Below, piece by piece: positions 38,777 through 49,926 of a stretch of DNA of 64,000 nt. Below the pieces are notes generated by a model. That model ran no database searches, was not told where the DNA came from, and saw only the letters and a program-made list of their open reading frames with translations. Each line of letters begins with the position of its first letter. Within the stretch, counting starts at the first letter, position 1. A program made the position numbers and the translations under genes. The stretch lies in assembly GCA_013265495.1 (NCBI GenBank), contig MU059377.1, positions 13,619,273 through 13,683,272 on the forward strand, written 5' to 3'. This DNA is from Vicugna vicugna (lineage: Eukaryota).

Positions 38777-41700
38777 ACTGCAGCAAGCAAGCTGGGCATA
38801 GACAGTGACTTCCCTTCACCACTCTGCTCCTCGTGCTGCCGGGAGCACTGTGGCCACCCCGGCTCTCCCCTTAATATCCTCTCAAAACTTTGAAGGAAGG
38901 GATATTCAGGAGAGTTGCAGACCACTGTTTCTCTTTTAAGTAATGCAACCTGTGGTCTCAGGTCCTGGCACAAATTGAGGCTGTGGAAAAACCATCACCA
39001 GAAAGTCCAAATTGCCCTATCCCATACCATGTGCCCCAGTGTCAGCGGGCGGTCCTCTCTTTCTCCTTTTGAGTAAATTATACAAAGTGCCTTGCCACAG
39101 AAATAATTACCTGTAAAAAGAGAACACGTCCATCCATACTGGGGATTCTTGCATATCTTTAAGGCTGGGAGGCTGGAGCTGGACTATCACGCTGAGATTT
39201 TTCAGGGCTCCTGCGCCAGCTGCACGTGNNNNNNNNNNNNNNNNNNNNNNNNNNNNNNNNNNNNNNNNNNNNNNNNNNNNNNNNNNNNNNNNNNNNNNNN
39301 NNNNNNNNNNNNNNNNNNNNNNNNNNNNNNNNNNNNNNNNNNNNNNNNNNNNNNNNNNNNNNNNNNNNNNNNNNNNNNNNNNNNNNNNNNNNNNNNNNNN
39401 NNNNNNNNNNNNNNNNNNNNNNNNNNNNNNNNCACCCCCTCTCCAGAGCTCGTGAAGGGCTGATGACAGGCTAGCGAATTGCTGATTGTTTATTAGAAAA
39501 CTGATTACTTACTGGATTAGTGTGTCAAAATATACTACCTTTCACTGCTTGACAAACTTTCAAATTATTACATTCCTTTTTTTAAATTTTGAAGCTCTAG
39601 AATCAATTTCAAAGACAGCAGGATAATTTGAACAGTTCTAAGCAATGACCAGTTACCCAGGTCATGATTTTGCATCTCTGCTCTTGTGTATTAGAATATA
39701 AAGAATTCATCAGTGGGGAGTTTAGTGCTTCATCTAAGGTAAATGTATATGTCTCTATGTAATATTTAAACATCCATATTGGACAAAGACAGGAAGAGTG
39801 GAGTTAACATTTTTCTCCTGTGTTTCCCTAAGTACCTCACAGATATTTACACTCATGAAACCAGTTGTCTTAATAGTTGGGAAATTTACTATATCTATAG
39901 GACTCCTGAGATCAACACTGAAAAATTATCTCTAGTGCCATCTGCCCACCAAGTGTGAGTAAAAACACACACAGATGTGTAGAAAATTACCTTAACTTAG
40001 ATCCCTTTCCTAGGAATCTCCCCTTCTTGAGGAAAGTGGGCTATTAGAATAATACCTATGTGTGTTGGTAATTATAAAAATACAGTTTGCATAATTAAGG
40101 AAGTAAAGTTCTTGATACAAAAATAATTTTTAGTAAGGGAAGAGCCTCAGTTTTATGTTCACAATCTTTAATTTTAGGGGAAAAAAACTCTTCACCAATT
40201 ATTTTCATAGTTTAATGGAACTCATCAGAAAGACAAACTTAGGTTCTGGCAGGTCAGAGCAGAACTTCAGCTGGGCTGGCATTTAACTAAAGCTGAACTA
40301 CAATCTCACCAAGTGACCAGGCGTGGGTACCTCTGAGCCCAGATTTTACACAGTTTAGCAGAATAAGAAAGGGAAAAAGATGCAGGTAATGATCTGGGAG
40401 CAAAAACAATGTTCTGACATACAAGGTACCTTATGGTGCTGGCGTCACAGCCTTGAAAGGAACATTGCACGAACAATGAAATGAAAAGTCATCCAAATAT
40501 TTCAGCAAAGAGAAAGCCCCCAACTTTCTAACAGATGGACATCTTAATTACACTTGATTTCCTTTTAGTTTTGAGATCATTCTTTACTTAACATGATAGT
40601 TAACTTGCTTCTAGGTACAGAGGGAGCTTAACAATTGTTATCAAAACTGACAGAGGTGCAAACGATATCAAGTTCCTTTCTGTTACACAGAAAACCCATG
40701 GGAAGCTTGCTTTCTATTTCTTTATGGGTTGTCTCGAAATATTTTCTGAGTTGAACCAAACTGCTCCATACTTATGTGCTTAATGCATATTTACTGATGT
40801 GCTTTTTTGATTTGCTCTGATTTTGCCTAGATCTTGTTAAAATATCAGACGCTCTTTGGCATATCCTTTGTTTTTCATACTAAGCCAAACTTTACTTATG
40901 GTAAAAATGCCATGATGAGTATTTTCCCTGCTTCTAACGAAGATGAAGGAAAGAAACTCTCCTATGGAAAGTTCTGGTCTTCCCAGATGTAGAAGCCAGG
41001 CATTGGGCAGCTCACACAGATCCCAGGCAGAGCAGCCTCCTGAAATCTCGAGAGATTATGTTTAGTAATAGAGAAGGAAAAGCAGTCCTCACTGTAGAGA
41101 GTAAGTTTTAGACTGACAGTTTCCTTCTTTCCTCTTTTCAATAAAGCACTTGGCAATTGCTGTGAGATGAAATGATGTCTTGTTTTGGTTCCTTGTTCTC
41201 CACGACTTCCAGTCTCACAGCACAAACTCAAAGTACAAACTTCAGTATGATTCTGTAATACATGCTTTTCCTATGAGCTCCTTTGGCTTATAAATTCTGA
41301 ATCCACAGCCTAGGTTAGATGTCGACAAGGCCATGATCTACCTACAACTTGGGGGATGGAGTCTTTCAGTGGGATTTGAGCCAATCAGATTGTGAGACAA
41401 AGCCAGACATGAAACTCTGAACTCTTAGTGTCAAATCTTCTCCAGCCTTCTTGTATGGGAATAATCTTGATCTGCCTTAAAAAGACACTTTTCAGCAGAA
41501 GATTTTTGGAAGCTGGAAAGGGCTTTCCCCTATTGTGATCTGGCCCCTGAGAATTCCTGTGAAGGCCTCCAGGGCCCAGGGTGGGTGGGACAATTTGGGG
41601 ACAGAGCTGTTTGGGGCATCTATTTGGAAGCTGTCCAAGGAGTAGAGTTTAGGGCTGTGCGTCTTTACAAGATTCTTATCCCTCTTTGCAACATTGTTTA

Positions 41701-43379
41701 AGCCAATACCCATTAGTTAAAGCAGTAAAATTAACTGTTGTGGCAAAACCCATTTTATTGACTAATCTGCAACAAAAGTTTTTTTGAATGTTTGTTTTAT
41801 AAGCTTGTAAAAGGATATCTTCATAATATTTACAAATGTCCACAGGATGGATACCCATGAGCTATGATTGGAAGCGTCCCAAAATTCCCTTGGGATAGTT
41901 CAGTTGTGAACGATCTGTTGTATACACTGAAGGATTTAGCTTTCCATTTCCTAGAAGACGTTTAAACTTTGCATTTATAAAATAAGTGTACACTCAGTTC
42001 TCCCTGGCAATATATATTTGATAAGTTAAAAAAAAACTTACAGCATGTGGCTATCTTAACACGAGAAGCAGCAGAAGGAACTAAAACATGCATGTAGAAT
42101 CTAATCCAACCATCTCTGGTGTTTCCTTAGTTGTTTTTTCCAGATGAAATTAGGTTATGGTCCCCAAAAATACTTTGAGAAAGGAAAAACATACAAGTAC
42201 TAAAGCCCTTAAAGGATTAATCTGATGAATTAAAATTAAGTTAAATGGCATCTCTATTGGAAACATGACAAAAACAGGATGTTAAAGAAAAAAAACTGAG
42301 TGGAGTCAACGAGGTTACACTTAAGTAACACCTTAACATTAATAGAAATCTATTTCCCATTTTGACCCTGGAACCTCTTCAATTAATTACTAAAATCTAT
42401 TTACACAGCAACAAGATAAAAATCAATCTGATTCTTGGCACTGTGTCCGTCTGGCTACCCGCTCTAACATAAGGGGCCAGAAGGATTGTTGGTCCTCCTG
42501 CATCTCTGCTTTTGAAAAGCTCTCTTGCTCAAAAGCACGGGAAGTGTGCCATTGTCACCTTCCACATCCCAAGCAGTGGTGAAGACAGAATCTGTGAACT
42601 CTCTGAGGGCCTGGGGGGCGATAACACAGTCCACTATGCAAGACACCAGCACCTGCAAGGGGAAACTCTGCGATGGTGCTAGCCCACCTGGCCCTTAGAA
42701 GAATAGGGCCCCTGTGGGCTGTGGCAGCCCTAGAGGGCACTGCATGGCTGGTGTCGTGCAGCCTGGACTTTTAGACCGCATCTGGTCCCCTTAGCCAGAT
42801 GTGTTTATGCAGTAAAGTGCACAGACAAAAAGTGAAATGTTTAATTATTAATGAATATCATAAATTAAACCACAAAGGAAAATAGTTAAGAACAATGAAT
42901 AAAAGTAACTAATTCATGGGGAGGTGGGGGGAGATGACAGCCTTTTATGAGCTTCTCCCTCTGTTAGCAGACCCAGAGTCTGGCAGGACCGGGTCCGGCA
43001 GGACTCTACTACCCCAAGCCAAGCCTGGCTTCAGGCTGAGCACTATGGTGACCATGCGCCATGCCAGCAGGTCCAGAGGAAAATCACAGATTTTGGGAAA
43101 CTCCCAGGCTGAGACCAAGCAAGGGGATTCGCCTCCTACTGCCTGAATTATTTCTTTTCTTGCAGGATCTTGTGCCACTGAAGGCAAATAGGCTGTACCT
43201 CTATGCCCTTTTAATGTTCCTTCTTAATCAGGGAAAGTCATTATGACAAATGAGCAAAGAGAGGTATAAGAGGGCTGAACAAGAGAGAGTCTATTACACA
43301 GACAGTAAAAACTGCTCTGAGATGAGCAACCCATCACATACGCTGGTTCACACTCCTAAGCCTTTCTATGTCCCAAGTG

Positions 43380-43755
43380 GGCTCCCAGAAAGCCTCCTTG
43401 CCTGTGTATGTCTGGAAAATGCCTATTAATCATTTAAACACATCTTGAACATCATCTCCTCCAGATAGCACTGATTATTCCACTTCCATGCTACCCTGAA
43501 ACATGGTACATGCAAGTCTTAGGTTTTTCACTTTTGTACCTTTCACCCCATGTGGTAATACTTGTTTATTAACTGGGCTTCCCCATAAGCTATGAGGTCT
43601 TCAAAGACTGGGGATGGAGGGTGCTGAGTCTCACTCAACTTTGTAACTCCTGTGTCTAGCAGGGTGTCCAGCATAAAAGAAGGTGCTCAATAAATATCTG
43701 CTGTATGAATGAACACATACACATGAATGAACAAATGAAAGAGTGAGTGAATGAA
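43380..43755 (+). mobile_element. L2 LINE 3' end
   Basis: gaaggtgctcaataaatatctgctgtatgaatgaac ... gaatgaacaaatgaaagagtgagtgaatgaac matches the L2 terminal motif. Confidence 0.65.
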
Positions 43756-44244
43756 CAGGCCATCTTGCATGATTCTGAAGTCCACTCTTTTCATGATGGT
43801 GCTATGTCCAGAAACACACTCTCTCGCTCAAGTGCCCTTACCTTGCCAAAGCTCTTGGAATTCAGTTCTGTCTTTTCCCACATTTCCCAAATCCTCAAGA
43901 ACTCAGACATTGCCCTGTGTTTGGTTTTGTTTTTCTTTTTCACCAACAGGGTAAGTCTAAGATCCAAAGGGCAAACTGAAAAGTCACCAGTTGGCTGCTA
44001 TTACAGATTCAAACCTCCTTAACACATATGAAAGATGAGGAAATAGTCCACCAGAATCTTCTAAAGGGTTCAAGTTTCCCAAGAGACGATTACTCAGCTG
44101 TCCTAAATTGTGGCCCCACTACTGATGGTAATGGGACTGGCTGATGGCCACAGATGGCACTCTGCATGGCTCCTGGCTCAAATTCTAGAAGCAGAGACCC
44201 TCCAGAACTAGAAAAAAAAATCTTTAAATTATTTACTCCTACTT

Positions 44245-44345
44245 CCTTATTTTACGGATGAGAAAGCAGACCCAGAGAGACTGTCTTACATCCAAGGTCG
44301 CACAGCTCAAGCCAGGATCAGTGTTTAGGTTTCCTGACTTCATTT
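44245..44345 (-). mobile_element. MIR SINE fragment
   Basis: tattttacggatgagaaagcagacccagagaga ... ccaaggtcgcacagct. Confidence 0.55.
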
Positions 44346-44513
44346 TCCCAGTGTCAGCCATTCAACAAGTAGGTCCTTTTGCAGCCTGGATGCTGATTTC
44401 CTAAACAGCCTCCTCCACCAGCTGGCTGAGCCGGGCAGTGCTGTGCCACTTTGTCTGGCAGCTCTCAGAAAAGGCTAAGAGAAAGAAGAGAGGCAGTGCA
44501 AGCCACTACTTAC

Positions 44514-44690
44514 TTGAAGGGCTTCTCTCCAGTGTGGGTTCGGATGTGGTTGTTGAGGGTGGTGGCCCCAGCAAAGGCACGACCACAGTAGCCGCATTTG
44601 AAAGGCCGGTCACTGGAGTGAGTGACCACGTGGTTCCTCAGTTCTGAAGGCTGGGAAAAGGACTGGGAGCAGTGGCCACACTGGTAAGGT
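44514..44690 (-). CDS. PRDM6: PRDM6 penultimate coding exon (177 bp, phase 2-2): two C2H2 zinc fingers
   Basis: Acceptor tttgtttcAG (44692-44691), donor AA|GTaagt (44513-44512). Manual translation: (R)[58 protein letters not shown](K). The phase matches the upstream exon. It has no start codon in frame, so the ORF track misses it. Confidence 0.97.
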
Positions 44691-45104
44691 CTGAAACAAA
44701 TGAAGAGACTGCCCAGTCATTACGTTCTACCTAAGTCAGGGGAAGTCAGCATCATGAGGCAGGGACCAAAACATGTGGGTGACATTCTCTCAGGTTTTGA
44801 AACAAAGCACAGAGCTTTGGCTGCTGGGATCCCATAAGTCCACTTGTTGCCACAAGAACGAAATTCACAGAGCTGCTGAGACACATTAATCCCCCTATGA
44901 CTGTTCCTTTCCGGTCTTACTCAGATCATTTCAAGAAATCCTACTTTCCTGTTTTCATCCCTACCCCCGGGCAACTCGGGGAGCCTGGAGAGTATAGACT
45001 TGATGAAGCAGAATGTTACAAGAGAAAATATGTCGTTGTCTCTCATAATTCCCCAGCAATTCAACTTTTCCCAGCACTTCAACTTTTCAAAGGGCTTTAA
45101 AATC

Positions 45105-45260
45105 AATTATATAGTTTAATCCTTACAATAATCCTCTCAGGGAAAGCAGCTGTTATGATCTCTGTCAGTTCAGAAAAACTGAGGATACACTGTCCTCAGA
45201 GGAAAGAAGCTCTTGATGCCAAGGTTACTTGAGGGTGACTAGACCTTACTCTAAGTCCCA
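45105..45260 (-). mobile_element. MIR SINE fragment
   Basis: tttaatccttacaataatcctc ... cagaaaaactgaggatacac ... gccaaggttact. Confidence 0.5.
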
Positions 45261-47927
45261 GGTAAACATGCAGGTAATTCAGCAAGGTGCACGTGTGTTT
45301 TAAGAGATACTAGACTGTCCTGGGGTCTATCTATATGACATCCCCAACTTGGGGTCATCTGATTGTGCACAGGTGAACACTGGTGTGCACCCAGATTTCT
45401 TTGTAAAAGAAATCCTGACTTCTACTTACTCTCTCCTCACCCCCAATCACAACGAATATTTATTCACTGGATCTTTTTCGTGAACTTCAGCTCCCCAGTT
45501 TCATCTGGTAGCAAGCAATGATTTATAGAGGCAGAGAGATGACAGGATATCACTGTGTCTGCCAGAAGGAGGACTAGGATGCAAAAGCAAATGGGAGGAA
45601 GTTGTGACAAATACCTGATAATTAGCAAGATTATCAGAGAACCTGCTTTTCAGCTCATGAGAAGAAAATCAATTTTTGGTTTTCTTAAAGTAGATTAAAA
45701 TTCTGTCTTCTCTACAGAAGTTCTGCTTACTTAAGCAGAATCTGGTGAGTGATATAAAACCTGGGAAGTTTTCCCTATTCGAGGCTATTTCATAGCATTC
45801 CTTGACAGGGCTCTAATTTGTTTATCAAAATTTTTGTTAAGAAAATGAATAATCTGTCATGAGCGATATTAACCGAACTCAGGAAATCCTGGTTTGTGGC
45901 CCAGACACTGCTGGCTGCATTTAGAAAGCCAGTGGCCAAAGCAGATGTAATTGTTCTACCTTTAACAAATGCATAAGCTCTAACGACCAGAAACTGAAAT
46001 GNNNNNNNNNNNNNNNNNNNNNNNNNNNNNNNNNNNNNNNNNNNNNNNNNNNNNNNNNNNNNNNNNNNNNNNNNNNNNNNNNNNNNNNNNNNNNNNNNNN
46101 NNNNNNNNNNNNNNNNNNNNNNNNNNNNNNNNNNNNNNNNNNNNNNNNNNNNNNNNNNNNNNNNNNNNNNNNNNNNNNNNNNNNNNNNNNNNNNNNNNNN
46201 NNNNNNNNNNNNNNNNNNNNNNNNNNNNNNNNNNNNNNNNNNNNNNNNNNNNNNNNNNNNNNNNNNNNNNNNNNNNNNNNNNNNNNNNNNNNNCCTTGGT
46301 AAGGAGTTTATCAATCTTGACAAATTGCACATGCATTTTATTACAAGTATAAAATAATGCTTCAAAGCCATTAAAATCACACGTAGATGAAAATACCCTT
46401 TTGCCAAATCCGTTCTTTGTAGTAACCATTAGCTTTAAGGGACGCCTCAAGAAATCATTCTCTTGGCATGAATTTTTAAAATTTTATTGAAGATTATTAT
46501 AAGCAAAATAATACATTAATATATGCTATACCCACTGACAATTGATTTTTCTAATAGTGATGGACCATTAACATTTATTAGCCTCTGGTTATCTATTTTT
46601 AATAGCTATCACAATATACAATAAGCCGCTAAATAAAACCAATTAATCTTTTCTTTTTTTTTCTAACATTACTGTCAAAAGTTGGGGTGATTTATTTCAG
46701 AAGTCATTCCATCCCTTTTATGCTAAAAGTCACAGTGGCAAAATTTTACACACAGAAGAGGAGAAATGACCACAGAGAGACTTATGATGAATTCTTATCT
46801 CAAGGTAGTACTAATGAAAGGCAAACATCACCTTGCCCAGGACTGGCCTAAGAGGTTCTTATGAGGTACCCACTGGCCGACTGCACAGCTTTTAAAACTT
46901 TGTAGAATTGAGCTGACTGACTGGAAGGGCCTGGATTGGGGCAGATGGGAGAGGTGAGTCCTGCTTCAGCTTCTGATCCCAATCAGCTGTAGTACTTGAC
47001 AAGTCACCCAACTTCCCTGACTCTCCATCTCCTAATCTCTCTGGTAAGCAGGATGGACTGAATCACATATCCTCTGGCAACCCATCATACTCAGCTCCTG
47101 CCTTCAGATAACCAACAAACGTGTGGATACAGCCTCACAGGACAGTATCAACGACGTGACCTCCAACCTCCATTGTGTGTACTAGCCAGTGCCGTGTATG
47201 GAGAGCTATCCATGGTTTTGTGTGTCTAGTCATGCTAATTAGAATATGGACCATTTAAACTTACTTGGGAAACAGCTGAGAATTCAGAGCAACAAGAAAA
47301 TCTAGTACCAAGATACAGGACCAAACCTTACTCTAGTTGATTTTCAAAAAACAAAATGATAGCCCTTCAATTCTGAGGAACCTTGAAGAATAAGATTTTA
47401 GACCATATGGTCCTACTCACCTTTGTAGAAACTGTTTTAATGCCGAATTCAGAACTAAAATGTGTACTCTACTTGCCACTATAAAAACAGACTGTCTCCC
47501 TCAGTCTAGAAATGTACAGAAAGTTAGCCCTCAGAAAATACAGACAAAATCCTTCTTACCCTAGATTTTCAGTATTTCCTAAAAACAAATAAAAGGAAAT
47601 GATCATAAAGTAATTTCAACATTGATTGTATCCTAGGGTTGCATCTAAAGACACAGGAATACATTCAAGACAGAATGAAATCTTCAAGTCCAAGAGCAGG
47701 GCTTAGAAAACATCACCAGTACAGAATCTCAGACATCACAACTTCTTTTAGGACAACTGGCCACAGGAGTTAAGACTCTGCGTGCACATTTCTATCAGCA
47801 CACTATGACTCCTTACATCTCAGTTTACTGCTGAGGCCTTTAGGGCACAGAATCAGTTGGCACAACTCAGCTTTTTATTCTGATGACCAACATTCCCATT
47901 AACTCTTCAAGGTCTGGTTAAAGGGGC

Positions 47928-48070
47928 CTTACAGGGTGGGGAACGGAAGGCACAACCTGTTGGGTGTAAGATAGGCTCAAGGATATATTGCACAATGCAG
48001 GGAATATACCGAATATTATGTAATACCTGTAAATGGAAAGTAACCTTTTAAAATTATATTTTAAAAAGAC
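47928..48070 (+). mobile_element. L1 3' UTR fragment
   Basis: gggtgtaagataggctcaaggatatattgcacaatgcagggaatataccgaatattatgtaatacctgtaaatggaaagtaacctttt resembles laurasiatherian L1 3' ends. Confidence 0.65.
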
Positions 48071-48477
48071 TCAGAATAAAGCGTGGGGGTTTGTAAAGTT
48101 CTACAAATAATAAAGTGATAAAAAAGTGAAAAAATGAAATAAAATACATCATCAGCAATAAAAAAAAAAGATAAGGCTTAATTTATTAAACTTTGGATAT
48201 AATCAATTCCAACTCCAAAGTTCTGTCTGCCTTCGATGTGTCACACCAAAGCGAGTAGGGAGGGCTGTGTTCAGCTTCACTCTTTGCAGGATCTGATGTC
48301 ACTGAACAACTGTATCTCTTTTCTAAAGCACTTTGATTCTACCCAGGTCATCATACACATATTCCATCTTATTATTCTCAAAACAAATGCAATGAGCACT
48401 CTTCACAAAGTGATAACATCTCACAACCAGAGGAAGCTTTTGGTTTTTTTTTTTAATAACAAGTCTTGAGACATCTA

Positions 48478-48615
48478 GCAGTGTGGTCCAACGATGGAAA
48501 TGTTCTAGATCCACACTATCCAATACAGAAATCACTAACCACATGCGGCTGAGGAACTAAAGTATTATTTTACTTAATTGCGATGCCTTTAAACTTAAAT
48601 AGCTTCATGTGGCTT
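48478..48615 (+). mobile_element. MER3-like hAT-Charlie DNA transposon remnant
   Basis: gatggaaatgttctagatccacactatccaatac ... cactaaccacatgcggctgaggaactaaag ... aaacttaaatagcttcatgtggct matches recalled MER3 motifs. Confidence 0.65.
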
Positions 48616-49823
48616 GTTCCAATCCAGAAATATCAAGCTTCATGAAAAACTAGATGGTGCTCCGTCCTCAACAATGAAGTATCTAAAAACCAGACAAAGC
48701 CTGCGTCAATTTAGTTAGCATATATCAATGCCTGGTAAATTTTTAAGAAGCAAGCAAGCCGTGAGACAGTTTTGCACAACCCCTGGCATTCTCCCTAAGC
48801 AGCAGCTCCTCTGCCAAAGACGACTCCAGTAAAACGTGCAATCCATTTACTTTGCATTCGTAATTAATTTGGTGTACACATAGGAAAAGGATGAAACATT
48901 TAACAACATTAAGTGTGGTTTAGTTTAAAATATTATTAAACCTTTGATTTTTCTTTCACAACATGAAAGCCTCCAAAACAAAAGTTGATCAGTTGGGCCC
49001 CATTCTTTCCTCACACCCCATCAGTCAAGCCCAAATGCACATCTCCTGAGATTTCAAACGGGGCACTACTGAGGTCACTGCTGGCTGTGTGGAGGGAGAA
49101 AAGACCTGAGCTCCACATAAAAAGAAAAAGATTTCAGGAGAGCGGCAAAAGTGCAGAGCCAAAACACCCGGAGAACATGGGACTCTAGAAAGAAGATGAC
49201 CTTCACACTTGGGAGGGGAGAAGCTTGGAACTCGAGAACATGGACACAGTCCAAAGAAACTATTATGGGATAGATGATCTCCAGGCTCCTCCCCCCACAC
49301 AGCACCTCTAGCATCATCTTCCCCTCTGGTACCACCAATTATAAACAGTGATGCTCAAAATACACATTTGAGCGGCTGACAGTGTGCCCTGGAGGCTAAA
49401 GGCAAACTTTCCCCAGGTGGCACAATCAATAAGGAAAAGAAAAGGATGCAAAATAAAGATAAGCATTACAAAGACGCTCTGCAGAAAAAAAGAGAATATA
49501 TTCATCAGAAAATAATCCACTGTGACTAAAGGCTTTGCTTAACCCTTTCTGGAGCACTGCCCCACACTCCCTATGAGACTATTGAGAGTTTCTAAGCAGA
49601 AAAACAGAAGAAAAAAGGGATTTCTAATTCCTGGTTCAAGCACAAGTCAGTCAAGCTGTTCTAGCCTAGGTAATAAGCTTATCCTTCAAAACTTTATGAA
49701 GTCCCTAAATAAAATCTAGGTTGATCTAGATTCCAGCAGCTTTTTCCCTCTGAATTAACTAAAGAAAAGGAAAAGTCAGTAGGCTGAGAAAAAGGAAGAC
49801 GAGATTTTTGGCTTTGTATGTTT

Positions 49824-49926
49824 TGTTTGTTTGTTTGTTTAAATGGAGGTACTGGGAATCGAACTAAGCACCTCGCACATGCTCAGGGTTCATGTACTCC
49901 ACCCACTGAGCTATACCCCCACCCCC
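49824..49926 (-). mobile_element. Camelid Vic-1-type tRNA-derived SINE with a perfect 15-bp TSD
   Basis: Minus strand: GGGGGTGGGGGTATAGCTCAGTGGGTGGAGTAC...GGTGCTTAGTTCGATTCCCAGTACCTCCATTTAAACAAACAAACAAAC, with Pol III A-box (TAGCTCAGTGG) and B-box (GTTCGATTCC). TSD tggctttgtatgttt at 49809-49823 and 49927-49941. Confidence 0.9.

Noticed and set aside
49824-49926. A tRNA gene
   Set aside because: A and B boxes are present, but it has no proper cloverleaf 3' end, and it has a (CAAA)n tail and 15-bp TSDs. It is a tRNA-derived SINE.
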